The notes under the pieces are model-generated. The model ran no database searches. It saw nothing but the letters and a program-made list of their open reading frames with translations, and had not been told where the DNA came from. From positions 2,994 through 66,993 of the forward strand of contig PQXE01000004.1 of assembly GCA_003194495.1 (NCBI GenBank): 64,000 nucleotides of DNA, written 5' to 3'. The position numbers and the translations under genes are program-made. This document shows, piece after piece, positions 35,398 through 44,506 of this stretch; within the stretch, counting starts at the first letter, position 1; every line of letters begins with the position of its first letter. Source of the DNA: Deltaproteobacteria bacterium (GTDB taxonomy: Bacteria > Desulfobacterota > Dissulfuribacteria > Dissulfuribacterales > UBA3076).

Positions 35398-36567
35398 TTT
35401 GTTCACTTGATCATCTCTTAAAGAAAAGCTCTGGATAGCCTCGTATAGCTCTTTCGTGTGACTTCCCAGGTTTGCCTGTATTACTGAAAAGTCCCCTGGA
35501 TCTTCTTTTGCGTACATGTCCAACAGCGGATAAAAAAGCCCTGCAAGCTCTTCCTGGTCAAAGCCTTTAAACAAAGAAAGCAAGTCCCTGACTTGACCCA
35601 GGCCATATCCGCCCTCGGCCTCCATGATTAGCAGGCCCTCGAAGAACCCTTGTATTAAAGCATCCACTGAGAAACCACCGGCCCAGCCCCTGACACCCAC
35701 GCCATCCAATCTATCCAGCCGCATTCTGATTGACAGATTCAAGAAAAAATATGTCAACGCCACCACTGGATCGATGGTATCCTTTGATGAAAATAACATG
35801 ATTGGCTCATATTTCCTGGCTGTCGTGAGTTTGACATCAATGATTCCATCCTTGCTCCTGACTATGAAATCACCGGCCGCGTGGTGCCAGGGATAGATCT
35901 GGTCAAAGTCGCGGATATCATAATAAAGGGTGAGGATCTTCGAGGCCTGTCTGAAAATTTCAAATCCTTGCTCGTTTGACGCAAACCAGTGCTCGTTTTT
36001 CAGGTCCCAGACGCAAACCCCTTGTTTTCCGCCCTTTTCATCTGTTGAAATATGCCATTCGTAATAGTTCTCAAACCATTCTGTTAAAAACATGGACATG
36101 GATTCGTTCCCGTAATCGGACCGAACCTTTACATCTCCCTCAAAGTATGGCACTGGCAGATAGGGCAGAGCCAGTTTCAAATTCAGGAATTTCAGCAGAC
36201 CCAATTCATGCTTCAGCCATGCCTTACCATTCTCAGAAACAGCGGTGCTGACGCACATCTTCAGTGACTGCCCGCCGCAGAATATCTCTACACTTGCCAA
36301 ATGATACAGCGCTCCATGCTTTTCAGTGCGAATCAGTATTTCACTGATACTGTCAGGGCCAATATCACTCCTTAAATGCTCACCAAGGACTGTGGTCAAA
36401 GGTCTCCCATGATCCATGAGAATAAAGTCTTTAATTGCCTCGAAATAGTTACCTAAGGTCAGGAAAGGATGCCTTTCCCCTGCACTGATCAAGAAAGGCC
36501 GCTGAAGATCGTCGGCACCAACAGGAATATCCCCTTTTGGAGCAGAGAATAAATATTTAATAAGCAT
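35395..36567 (-). CDS. Hypothetical protein, about 390 aa, no confident family
   Basis: A long clean ORF. The track start (36606) lies in the loop of the dsrP terminator hairpin, so the Met at 36567 (MLIKYLF) is preferred. Neither start has a good SD. Confidence 0.5.
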   Translation of the reverse strand: MLIKYLFSAPKGDIPVGADDLQRPFLISAGERHPFLTLGNYFEAIKDFILMDHGRPLTTVLGEHLRSDIGPDSISEILIRTEKHGALYHLASVEIFCGGQSLKMCVSTAVSENGKAWLKHELGLLKFLNLKLALPYLPVPYFEGDVKVRSDYGNESMSMFLTEWFENYYEWHISTDEKGGKQGVCVWDLKNEHWFASNEQGFEIFRQASKILTLYYDIRDFDQIYPWHHAAGDFIVRSKDGIIDVKLTTARKYEPIMLFSSKDTIDPVVALTYFFLNLSIRMRLDRLDGVGVRGWAGGFSVDALIQGFFEGLLIMEAEGGYGLGQVRDLLSLFKGFDQEELAGLFYPLLDMYAKEDPGDFSVIQANLGSHTKELYEAIQSFSLRDDQVNK

Positions 36568-36582
36568 TGAGTTTAGGTATCC

Positions 36583-36617
36583 GGATAAAAATAAAAAGCC
36601 CGCCATATCCGGCGGGC
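36583..36617 (-). terminator. Rho-independent terminator or attenuator after dsrP
   Basis: The minus strand reads gcccgcc-ggatat-ggcgggc followed by TTTTTATTTTTAT. Confidence 0.7.
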
Positions 36618-36645
36618 TTTTAATGCTGTTTTATGAGGCTTTATC

Positions 36646-37806
36646 TTATGTTGCAGCCTCTTCCTCTCTGACAGTAATTGCGACCTTGTGAAGCACAGTA
36701 AGTATCAGTGCCCCAATTCCCCAAATGGCCAGTGTAATGGCTATCTCCGGGAAGGTGGCCGAGTACTCTATAATCCTGTGAAATGGATTTGGTATGAATC
36801 CACCAATTACAAGCGCTACACCCTTATCGATCCAGCAGGCCAAAAATATGGACGCACAGGCAAAGGCCAGGATACCATGGTGCCTACGGGCAGACGGGAT
36901 CAGCAACAGAAGGACTCCAATAAAGGCAAATGGAGCCGCTGTCCACATCCAGGCAACAATCTTGCCGTGACCATGCAGACCAACAAACAGGTATTGAAGC
37001 GGATGCATATGTCCCGGGATATTGCTGTAAAAGGCTGTGAATATCTCCATGCCCACCAGGAACAGGTTTATGATCATGGCGTAACATATGGTTTTGGCAA
37101 TTGTCTGCAAGGCATCTCTTCCCGGATCGAACTTGCTGACCCTGCTTATTATAAGGAGCACCAGTACGAGCAATGCCGGACCGGATGCAAAGGCTGATGC
37201 AAGAAACCTGGGAGCCATTACGGCTGTGAGCCACAAATGCCTTCCCGGAAGACCGGCGTACAGAAACGCCGTCACTGTGTGAATGCTGACTGCCCATGGT
37301 ATGGAGAGGTATATAAAGGGCTTCACCCATCCAGGATGCGGCAACTTTCTCGCGTCGGCCAACAGACAATTATATCCGACTATTATATTGATAATAAGGT
37401 ACCCGCACAGCACGATCATGTCGTAGAAAAGTATGGAGTTGGGCGTGGGATGCAACAGCACATTAAGCATTCTCTGCGGCTGTCCTACATCCACCACAAT
37501 AAAGAGCATACACATGGTTACTGCGGCAATGGCCAGAAACTCACCAAAGACAACAACCTTTCCATATTTCTTATAGTCGTGAAGATACAGAGGTATGACT
37601 ATCATCACAGCGGATGCGGCCACTCCGACCAGGTATGTGAACTGTGCAATATAGACACCCCATGAGATGTCCCTGCCCATTCCGGTAATTCCCAAGCCTT
37701 TATAAAGCTGGTAAAACCAACACCCCACACCGACACCAATGATGCCCATCAGAAAAACTAACCACATAAAATATCTAGGTTCACCCTTTAAAGCCTTTTC
37801 TATCAT
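36646..37806 (-). CDS. dsrP: DsrP, NrfD-family integral membrane quinone-interacting subunit
   Basis: 386 aa with about 10 TM helices. Last gene of the dsrMKJOP order. Confidence 0.85.
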   Translation of the reverse strand: MIEKALKGEPRYFMWLVFLMGIIGVGVGCWFYQLYKGLGITGMGRDISWGVYIAQFTYLVGVAASAVMIVIPLYLHDYKKYGKVVVFGEFLAIAAVTMCMLFIVVDVGQPQRMLNVLLHPTPNSILFYDMIVLCGYLIINIIVGYNCLLADARKLPHPGWVKPFIYLSIPWAVSIHTVTAFLYAGLPGRHLWLTAVMAPRFLASAFASGPALLVLVLLIISRVSKFDPGRDALQTIAKTICYAMIINLFLVGMEIFTAFYSNIPGHMHPLQYLFVGLHGHGKIVAWMWTAAPFAFIGVLLLLIPSARRHHGILAFACASIFLACWIDKGVALVIGGFIPNPFHRIIEYSATFPEIAITLAIWGIGALILTVLHKVAITVREEEAAT

Positions 37807-37813
37807 GGCATCC

Positions 37814-38617
37814 TCACACTAAGTAAAAGACTGACGGCTTTGTGCCGAGCTCTAACTTACGCCTCATGGAACTTCGCTTACGCAGGATTTGCCGCACGCT
37901 GGAATCAGGGTCTGCCAAATCCCCAAAGGCCAGGGCCTCCGGCGCAGCCTCAACGCATGCAGGCAACTTATCCTGTGCAAGCCTTTCCACACAGAAATTG
38001 CATTTTTCCACCACACCCTTCATCCGGGTGGGGAAATCCAAATTGTATTCCTTCTGATTAAGCGCATTCCTGGGATCAAACCAGTTAAAACTGCGAGAAC
38101 CATACGGACATCCGGCCATGCAGAAGCGACATCCGATACATCGGTGATAATCCATGGCCACGACCCCATCAGGCCTCCTGAATGTGGCCTTGGTGGGACA
38201 TACCCTTACACAGGGCGGCTCATCACAATGGTTGCACAGACACAGGAACGGCAATTCCTTCACACGATCGTCCATATACGAGTTTTCGTTCCCGGCAAAG
38301 GTATGCTCATAGTCGTCCTGCCACAACCACTTCACCTGGTTCTTTGAATCCCCGAAATCAGGTATGTTATGTGTAGAGTGACAGGCCTTTATACACTTCT
38401 CCACAACCCCGGGTTCTCCACACTTCTGCACGTCTATGGTCATTCCCCAGCGTTTCGCCACTTCTGCCGGCTCTTCAGGAACATATTCCACACCGTGGCC
38501 ATGCTCCGAGGCCTCAAGTGCGCCGGGGCGCAAAAATTCAAAGGCACCCTTACCCCCCAGGCCGAATAGAGCAGACATCCCGGCTATCTTTATAAATTGT
38601 CTTCTATCCATGCTCAT
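37814..38617 (-). CDS. dsrO: DsrO, periplasmic 4Fe-4S ferredoxin-like subunit with a Tat signal
   Basis: MSMDRRQFIKIAGMSALFGLGG Tat motif. Several Fe-S Cys motifs including CxxCxxCxxxC (CIGCRFCMAGCP, CNHCDEPPCVRVCP). The ATGA overlap with the dsrJ stop supports the start at 38617. Confidence 0.85.
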   Translation of the reverse strand: MSMDRRQFIKIAGMSALFGLGGKGAFEFLRPGALEASEHGHGVEYVPEEPAEVAKRWGMTIDVQKCGEPGVVEKCIKACHSTHNIPDFGDSKNQVKWLWQDDYEHTFAGNENSYMDDRVKELPFLCLCNHCDEPPCVRVCPTKATFRRPDGVVAMDYHRCIGCRFCMAGCPYGSRSFNWFDPRNALNQKEYNLDFPTRMKGVVEKCNFCVERLAQDKLPACVEAAPEALAFGDLADPDSSVRQILRKRSSMRRKLELGTKPSVFYLV

Positions 38618-39048
38618 GACTCGTTCCCTTTTGACTCTTCTCTTGGCTCTTCTTTTGGCTCTTCCGGCGGCACTATGTGACAATCCCAGCAGTAAGGCGC
38701 GATGGCGGTATAATTATGGCACGCATCACAGAACTCCTTCTTGTTGGAATGGCACTTAAGACACGTATTCTGAAGACTGATAACGTATTTCTCACCCTTC
38801 TGATTAATAAATTCCCTGTTGCCATCCCTGAGGGCCTGATCACGCCAAACATTTACGAGCTGCATGTGCGTGGTCCGCATATACTCCTTGTCCTCAACAC
38901 ACTGCTTCACAGCCATTTTCTTGATTTCCGGCGTGTCGATCTTCGGCTCAGGCACAGGAGCGGCCTTGCCCGCATTCATCCAGAATGCGAAAGTAAACAG
39001 GCCCAAAAAGATAGCAAGCCCTACTAAGATCTTCCAAGCGTCATACAT
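38614..39048 (-). CDS. dsrJ: DsrJ, membrane-anchored trihaem cytochrome c
   Basis: An N-terminal TM helix plus three CxxCH motifs: CLKCH, CDACH and CWDCH. Confidence 0.9.
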   Translation of the reverse strand: MYDAWKILVGLAIFLGLFTFAFWMNAGKAAPVPEPKIDTPEIKKMAVKQCVEDKEYMRTTHMQLVNVWRDQALRDGNREFINQKGEKYVISLQNTCLKCHSNKKEFCDACHNYTAIAPYCWDCHIVPPEEPKEEPREESKGNES

Positions 39049-39115
39049 CCTCTTGTTCCTCCTTGCCCTGGATCTTTTCCCCGCGTAGTACTATTGTCTC
39101 TTCCCTGACCACTGA

Positions 39116-40738
39116 TTATGGTTCCGGTTCCCAGGTTGCAATCTCAAAACCACGTATATTATGTGTCCTCTCCCCTTCTCCTTCCATGATCAGGGCATTG
39201 GCCACCAGCTCACAAACACCGGTAACACCGACATCCGGATTCCAATATTGGGCCGCCGGGGGTAGAGCCGCCCGGTCAATGGCACAAATGCAGGCAAGCA
39301 TGTTTACACCATACTTGTCCGCCACGTATCTGAGGGCATTCTGCCTTGGGAAGCCGCCCCTCAGCCGAAGCTCCATATTCTCCGAGGCATTCAGACCGGA
39401 CCCGCTCCCACAGCAGTAGGTCTGCTCCCTGATGGTATTCTCAGGCATTTCATAGAAATGATTGCAGACATTCTTGATGACGTAACGAGGCTCTTCAAAC
39501 AATCCCAACCCTCTGGAAGGATTGCAGGAGTCGTGGTACGTAACCTTGAGATGATCGTTACGGCTCGGGTCAAGCTTGAGCTTGTTGTGCTTGATCAGGT
39601 CGGCCACAAACTCCATTATGTGGACCATCTTATGGGCCTTGGCATTCTCAAACTTTGTCCCTGTAATGGGGGACACCGGCTCCTCAAGAAAGTCTATGGG
39701 ACCGTGCCAAGTGGTCATATACTGGTTTAGCACCCGCCACATATGGCCGCACTCACCGCCCAGGATCCACTTAACCCCAAGGCGTTTGGCCTCATTGTAT
39801 ATCTTGCCGTTCATGCGTTTTGCCATTTCATTGGCGGTAAAGTAGCCAAAATCCCCGCCCTCGGACGCATAGGTACTCCACGTATAATCAAGGCCGAGAT
39901 GTTCAAAGAGCATCAAATAACCCGCAAGAGTGAATATACCCGGATCAGCGAACACATCGCCCGATGGGGTGACAAAGAGGATCTCCGCACCCTTTCTATT
40001 GAAAGTAGGTTCGAATGTGATGCCCACATTATCTTCAATATCCCACAGCATGGCATCAATACACTCTTTATATGCCTGGGGCTGGAGGCCAAGGTGATTA
40101 CCGGTATGGATACATTTTGAAACCGACTCCTGTACCCAGGCGATATTCATACCGAGCTCGTTCATGATCTCCCTGCCCATAATGGTGATTTCCGCAGTAT
40201 CTATCCCATAAGGACAAAAGACCGAGCATCGACGGCATTCGCTGCACTGGAACATATAATACCAGAGCTGCTTTAACGCATTTTTAGTGAGCTTTCTTGC
40301 GCCTGCAAAACGCCCCAGTATCTTACCGGTTTTAGTGAACTCGCCCCTGTATATCGACCTCAACAGCTCCGCCCGCAAAACAGGCATGTTCATTGGATCT
40401 CCGCTGCCGAGAAAATAATGACACTTATCCGCACAGGCACCGCACCTGACACAAATATCCATATATATCTTAAACGTACGATACTTGTCGAGCATGTCCC
40501 TCATTTTATTGAGAAACCGCTCCTTCCAGTCATCAGGGAGTTCCCAGTCCTCGTCTTCGATTACCCAGTACTTACCCCAGTCGCTTCGATCGTTCATCCC
40601 GACATTTTCCAACACAACCGGTCTGGCTGGATAGCAATAAATACCGGACTTGATATCAACAGGACGATCCATCCAGTTGCCACGAGGCGGTTTATAATCA
40701 ATATTCAGCGACTCATAGTATTCAGGATTCTTCGCCAT
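39116..40738 (-). CDS. dsrK: DsrK, HdrD-like catalytic Fe-S subunit with a CCG domain
   Basis: CVRCGACADKCH, CSECRRCSVFCP and a C-terminal CCGSGSG motif. Confidence 0.9.
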   Translation of the reverse strand: MAKNPEYYESLNIDYKPPRGNWMDRPVDIKSGIYCYPARPVVLENVGMNDRSDWGKYWVIEDEDWELPDDWKERFLNKMRDMLDKYRTFKIYMDICVRCGACADKCHYFLGSGDPMNMPVLRAELLRSIYRGEFTKTGKILGRFAGARKLTKNALKQLWYYMFQCSECRRCSVFCPYGIDTAEITIMGREIMNELGMNIAWVQESVSKCIHTGNHLGLQPQAYKECIDAMLWDIEDNVGITFEPTFNRKGAEILFVTPSGDVFADPGIFTLAGYLMLFEHLGLDYTWSTYASEGGDFGYFTANEMAKRMNGKIYNEAKRLGVKWILGGECGHMWRVLNQYMTTWHGPIDFLEEPVSPITGTKFENAKAHKMVHIMEFVADLIKHNKLKLDPSRNDHLKVTYHDSCNPSRGLGLFEEPRYVIKNVCNHFYEMPENTIREQTYCCGSGSGLNASENMELRLRGGFPRQNALRYVADKYGVNMLACICAIDRAALPPAAQYWNPDVGVTGVCELVANALIMEGEGERTHNIRGFEIATWEPEP

Positions 40739-40741
40739 TTT

Positions 40742-41743
40742 TTATTCCCTCTCCACTGGTATTCCGGCTTCTTTCATTTTTTCTCTGAATTCATTTTCAT
40801 AATCTTCATAAGAATGGATTTTGACAGGATATTCCCATGGATTGACATGCATTTTGGCACGGTTGGTGTTTGCCAAATTTCTCCCGGGGCTGAGAAACAC
40901 GCCCCCGGCATGCATCAATTTGCTGAAGGGGAAATACGCAAACAGGGTGCTGACAAGGGCCACATGAACAAAAAATATCGCGCCGATTCCCTCCGGCATT
41001 ACCGGATGCAAGGTTGCAAGACCCATCGCGAGCTCCTTTACGCCCACAATATCCACCCTGATGAAGAACCGCATAAGCACGCCGGAAATGCCTATACCCA
41101 GGATCAAAAACAGTGGAAAGTAATCATTAGCCAGGGATATATACCGCATTTTCGGTACAATAAGGCGCCTTACCAGGAGATAACTCACGGCACCGATAAG
41201 CAGTAAATCAGTAAGGTAAAGCGTCGGCGCACCTATCTGGAACATCCCATCCACCAGATCAATCCCATTTATTAAAAACGGTACAGGCTCAAGGAAGAGC
41301 CTCAGATGCCTCACAGCGATGATAAGAAAAGAATAGTGAAATGCCAATGCACCAAGCCAGATCCATTTTGAACCACCGTAGACGATATTGCCGCTTGCCA
41401 TCTCCGCCTTTGTGTGCCTGAACAGCGAACGGAAAGCGAATACTTCAAGAATCATACGGCCTATCACCCCGAGTGTGCTGCTAGGGCATTCGATCTTATT
41501 CTGTTTTATCCATGGCAATGTCTTCTGCTGCCCACACGTAGTTGGAATACGATAAGGAACCGGTGACCGCCCCCAGTCAACGACTCGATAAATAAACCCT
41601 ACAAGGAATATGGCAAACGCCGCATAGGGAACTAAAATCCCAAAGACAGGCTGCAGGGCTGACACTTCCCCTCCGACCAAGGCAACCACTACGATTGCCA
41701 GAACCGCACCAAGAGATACACCTAACGATACTTTTACACCCAT
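40742..41743 (-). CDS. dsrM: DsrM, NarI-like dihaem membrane cytochrome b
   Basis: Multiple TM helices with conserved His. The start is moved to MGVKVSLG (41743), which has a GAGG SD inside the end of the upstream gene. Confidence 0.85.
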   Translation of the reverse strand: MGVKVSLGVSLGAVLAIVVVALVGGEVSALQPVFGILVPYAAFAIFLVGFIYRVVDWGRSPVPYRIPTTCGQQKTLPWIKQNKIECPSSTLGVIGRMILEVFAFRSLFRHTKAEMASGNIVYGGSKWIWLGALAFHYSFLIIAVRHLRLFLEPVPFLINGIDLVDGMFQIGAPTLYLTDLLLIGAVSYLLVRRLIVPKMRYISLANDYFPLFLILGIGISGVLMRFFIRVDIVGVKELAMGLATLHPVMPEGIGAIFFVHVALVSTLFAYFPFSKLMHAGGVFLSPGRNLANTNRAKMHVNPWEYPVKIHSYEDYENEFREKMKEAGIPVERE

Positions 41744-41748
41744 TACCG

Positions 41749-42327
41749 TTACCTCACTTCTCCCAGACCGCAACTATTACAGCAGTCTTTAGTCCCTTTG
41801 CCCTGCCCCTGCTCTTGTCGAACCATATAGGAAAGGCACCTTGCCTCTCCCTCTACAAAAAATGGTCTTTTCTTAAATTCATCCAATTTGATTTCCCAGA
41901 TCTTCTCCCGACACTTCATGTATACGTCAAAGGCGAGGAGAATACAATAGTCGATCCTTGACTCCAATTCCAACAGGTCTTCAAAAAATCCATCTGTATC
42001 TATATCTTTTTTCGTCTCATCCCTGATAATTTTCTTAAGCAGAAGAACAACAGCAACAGCCCCTGAAGGCGGAAAATCCTGAACCGCCCGGATTCTGACT
42101 ATCTTGTCGAGAAGAGAAAACATATTCTTCTGATTATTTCCGTTAAGAAGCTCATCAAATAGAGGCCCCACTGCTTCAGAAATATCGGCACCTACGGGAT
42201 TGGCAAACTTATTCCTTTGGTGCCTGAAAAACTCTACGGTTTCAGAAGGATAAGATTCATAGATACTATTAATCCACTTATCTACAATAAGATCCTTTTT
42301 TTTTGCCAGGAGTTTGTCTAAATTCAT
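41749..42327 (-). CDS. DsrT-like / RsbRD-N-terminal-domain protein with a Cys-rich tail
   Basis: LIVDKWINSIYESYP...FANPVG resembles the RsbRD_N family found upstream of dsrMK in sulfate reducers. The C-terminus is CLSYM...DCCNSCG. Confidence 0.55.
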   Translation of the reverse strand: MNLDKLLAKKKDLIVDKWINSIYESYPSETVEFFRHQRNKFANPVGADISEAVGPLFDELLNGNNQKNMFSLLDKIVRIRAVQDFPPSGAVAVVLLLKKIIRDETKKDIDTDGFFEDLLELESRIDYCILLAFDVYMKCREKIWEIKLDEFKKRPFFVEGEARCLSYMVRQEQGQGKGTKDCCNSCGLGEVR

Positions 42328-42604
42328 GTTCGCACTATTCTTTAAGGACTTCAGACATAAATTATTTTTTGCCCTGCCGGCAGGATATTAACATTTATCC
42401 ATTAATCCTGCGACAAGGACCGGCTTTTATTACTTTTTTTTCTTTTAAATCATTCAGAACTTCCCATAATTTTCTGAATGACAATTCATAATGAACATCT
42501 CTTTATACAAAATGTGATTCCATGTCAAGACCAACTATGGATGAAACTGGATTTGAATACAAAATTATGTTATTTCGTCTGCCTAAACGGTATCAAAAAA
42601 TGTG

Positions 42605-42758
42605 CCCGTTCACGGGATTACAATGCCCGTTTACCGCACCCACCGAACTGTAAGCGTTTACAGGGTGCTGCAGATGCGAGGCGGAGGATACGCAGACGTA
42701 CTTCCTGTACTTCAAGTGCCCGACAACAAAGCAGATGCGGTGCCATGTAAACGCTTAC
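42605..42758 (+). repeat. Leader motif plus a single 109-nt long-hairpin unit (forward orientation)
   Basis: gcccgttcacgggattacaatgcccgtttaccgca..., then the unit 42650-42758, closed by a perfect 13-bp stem GTAAGCGTTTACA / TGTAAACGCTTAC. It ends 10 nt before the 42769 ATG. Confidence 0.85.
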
Positions 42759-42768
42759 CAGGAAATAA

Positions 42769-44502
42769 ATGAAAATATTACTCATATATCCATACTGCCT
42801 TGAAGACAGACTCCAGGATTACGATGTAAGAGTCATGCCCATAGGCGCTTATTATATAGGCGCTGTGCTAAAAGCAAATCACTATGATGTCGAAATTGTG
42901 AATTGGCACAATATTAATAAAACGCCGGAAAGAATCAAGGAAATTCTGAAAGAAAAAAAGCCGGATATCATTGGTTTTTCCATCTTGCACGCGAACCGCT
43001 GGGGCGGCATAGAGGTCGCCCAAATCGCCAAGCAGCTCAATCCAAAAGTCAAGACCGTGTTTGGCGGGGTTGGAGCCACCTTTCTGTGGAGACATTTCCT
43101 GACCCATTTCCCGGAAATAGACTTCATCGTTATGAGAGAAGGGGAGTACACTTTTTTAAATCTGGTAAAATGTATTGAAAAAGCGGATTATGAACATGTT
43201 GAAGACATTAAGGGAATCTGTTTCAGGAAAAAAGGCAAGATACTACGGACTGAAGATGCCACATTTATTCAAGATATTGATGAGCTGCCAAATCCGGCAA
43301 AATATTTCAAATATCAGCATGTAATCTCGTCTCGAGGCTGTCCATGGAATTGTACGTTTTGCGGATCACCCCGATTCTGGAGACGTAAAGTCAGATTTCA
43401 TTCTCCGGAATACTTTGTAGAGCAACTGGAATTACTCTACAAAAAAGGAGTGAATTTTTTTTATGTCTCAGATGATACCTTTACGCTCAAAGGGGACCGG
43501 GTGATTGAGATATGCAAAAAAATCCTGGAAAGGAACCTTAATATCACATGGTTTGCTATCTCGCGAGTGAACTGTGTGAATGAAGAAATATTATATTGGA
43601 TGAGGAAGGTCGGCTGCATTCAAATCAGCTACGGCGTGGAAAGTGGTTCTGAAAAGATCAGGAATTGCCTGAATAAAAATATTAAGGCCCATGATATTAA
43701 AAAGGCCTTTGAGCTGACTACTAAATACGGGATCCTTGCACGGGCCTATTTCATCTATGGCTCCCATGGAGAAAGCTGGGCAACCATTCAAAAGACAATA
43801 GATCTGATGCATAGAATCAAACCAATGAGTACTGTTTTTTATATCCTTGACCTGTTTCCAGGCACAGCGCTTTACTCGGATTTTAAGAAAAAATTTAAGA
43901 TCTCGGACAATATATGGCTGCAGCAAATAGAAGATATCATGTATTTTGAAACTGATCCACGTCTGTCCAGGGATACGATATTGGCCTTCGGCGAAAAACT
44001 GAGGAGCGAATACTATGGAAATCTTCACCATTATGTTGATTCCATTGAACTTATAGATAAAAAAGATCTCTACGAACTGCATTCAGGTTTTTGCTCAAGA
44101 CTGGGGATGACTTTCAGCCACGGGGACTACGCAAAGATCGACGCGGTCAGGGAAAAAGATAAAACCGCTGAAAAGCTGTTCAAAAGGGCATTGGGTTATT
44201 ACCCTGACCATCGTGCTTATCTGGGATTGGGCATCATCAAACAAAAAAACAGGGCCTTTGATGAATCTATCAGGATTTTATCAGAAGGCATTAAATGTTT
44301 TCCTGGCAGTGAGCCGTTGAATACGTGCCTGGGAATCAGCTATATGAACTTAGGGCAATTCAGCAAGGCGCTTTCATGCCTTCTGAAATTCCCGGACTCA
44401 AGAGAAACTGTTCCCTATATTGCAAGCTGTTACAAGGCATTGGGTGATTCTGAAAAAGAATCCGCCTTTCTTGAAAAACTCCGTAATATTGAGTTACTGT
44501 AG
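42769..44502 (+). CDS. B12-binding-domain radical SAM enzyme with a C-terminal TPR region
   Basis: N-terminal cobalamin-binding-like fold (MKILLIYPY...IGFSI), an SSRGCPWNCTFCGSP cluster, and C-terminal TPR units. Confidence 0.75.
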   Translation: MKILLIYPYCLEDRLQDYDVRVMPIGAYYIGAVLKANHYDVEIVNWHNINKTPERIKEILKEKKPDIIGFSILHANRWGGIEVAQIAKQLNPKVKTVFGGVGATFLWRHFLTHFPEIDFIVMREGEYTFLNLVKCIEKADYEHVEDIKGICFRKKGKILRTEDATFIQDIDELPNPAKYFKYQHVISSRGCPWNCTFCGSPRFWRRKVRFHSPEYFVEQLELLYKKGVNFFYVSDDTFTLKGDRVIEICKKILERNLNITWFAISRVNCVNEEILYWMRKVGCIQISYGVESGSEKIRNCLNKNIKAHDIKKAFELTTKYGILARAYFIYGSHGESWATIQKTIDLMHRIKPMSTVFYILDLFPGTALYSDFKKKFKISDNIWLQQIEDIMYFETDPRLSRDTILAFGEKLRSEYYGNLHHYVDSIELIDKKDLYELHSGFCSRLGMTFSHGDYAKIDAVREKDKTAEKLFKRALGYYPDHRAYLGLGIIKQKNRAFDESIRILSEGIKCFPGSEPLNTCLGISYMNLGQFSKALSCLLKFPDSRETVPYIASCYKALGDSEKESAFLEKLRNIELL

Positions 44503-44506
44503 TCAC

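Noticed and set aside
40418-41206. 262-aa + strand ORF
   Set aside because: It lies antisense across the dsrK/dsrM junction. The dsr frames are strongly supported.
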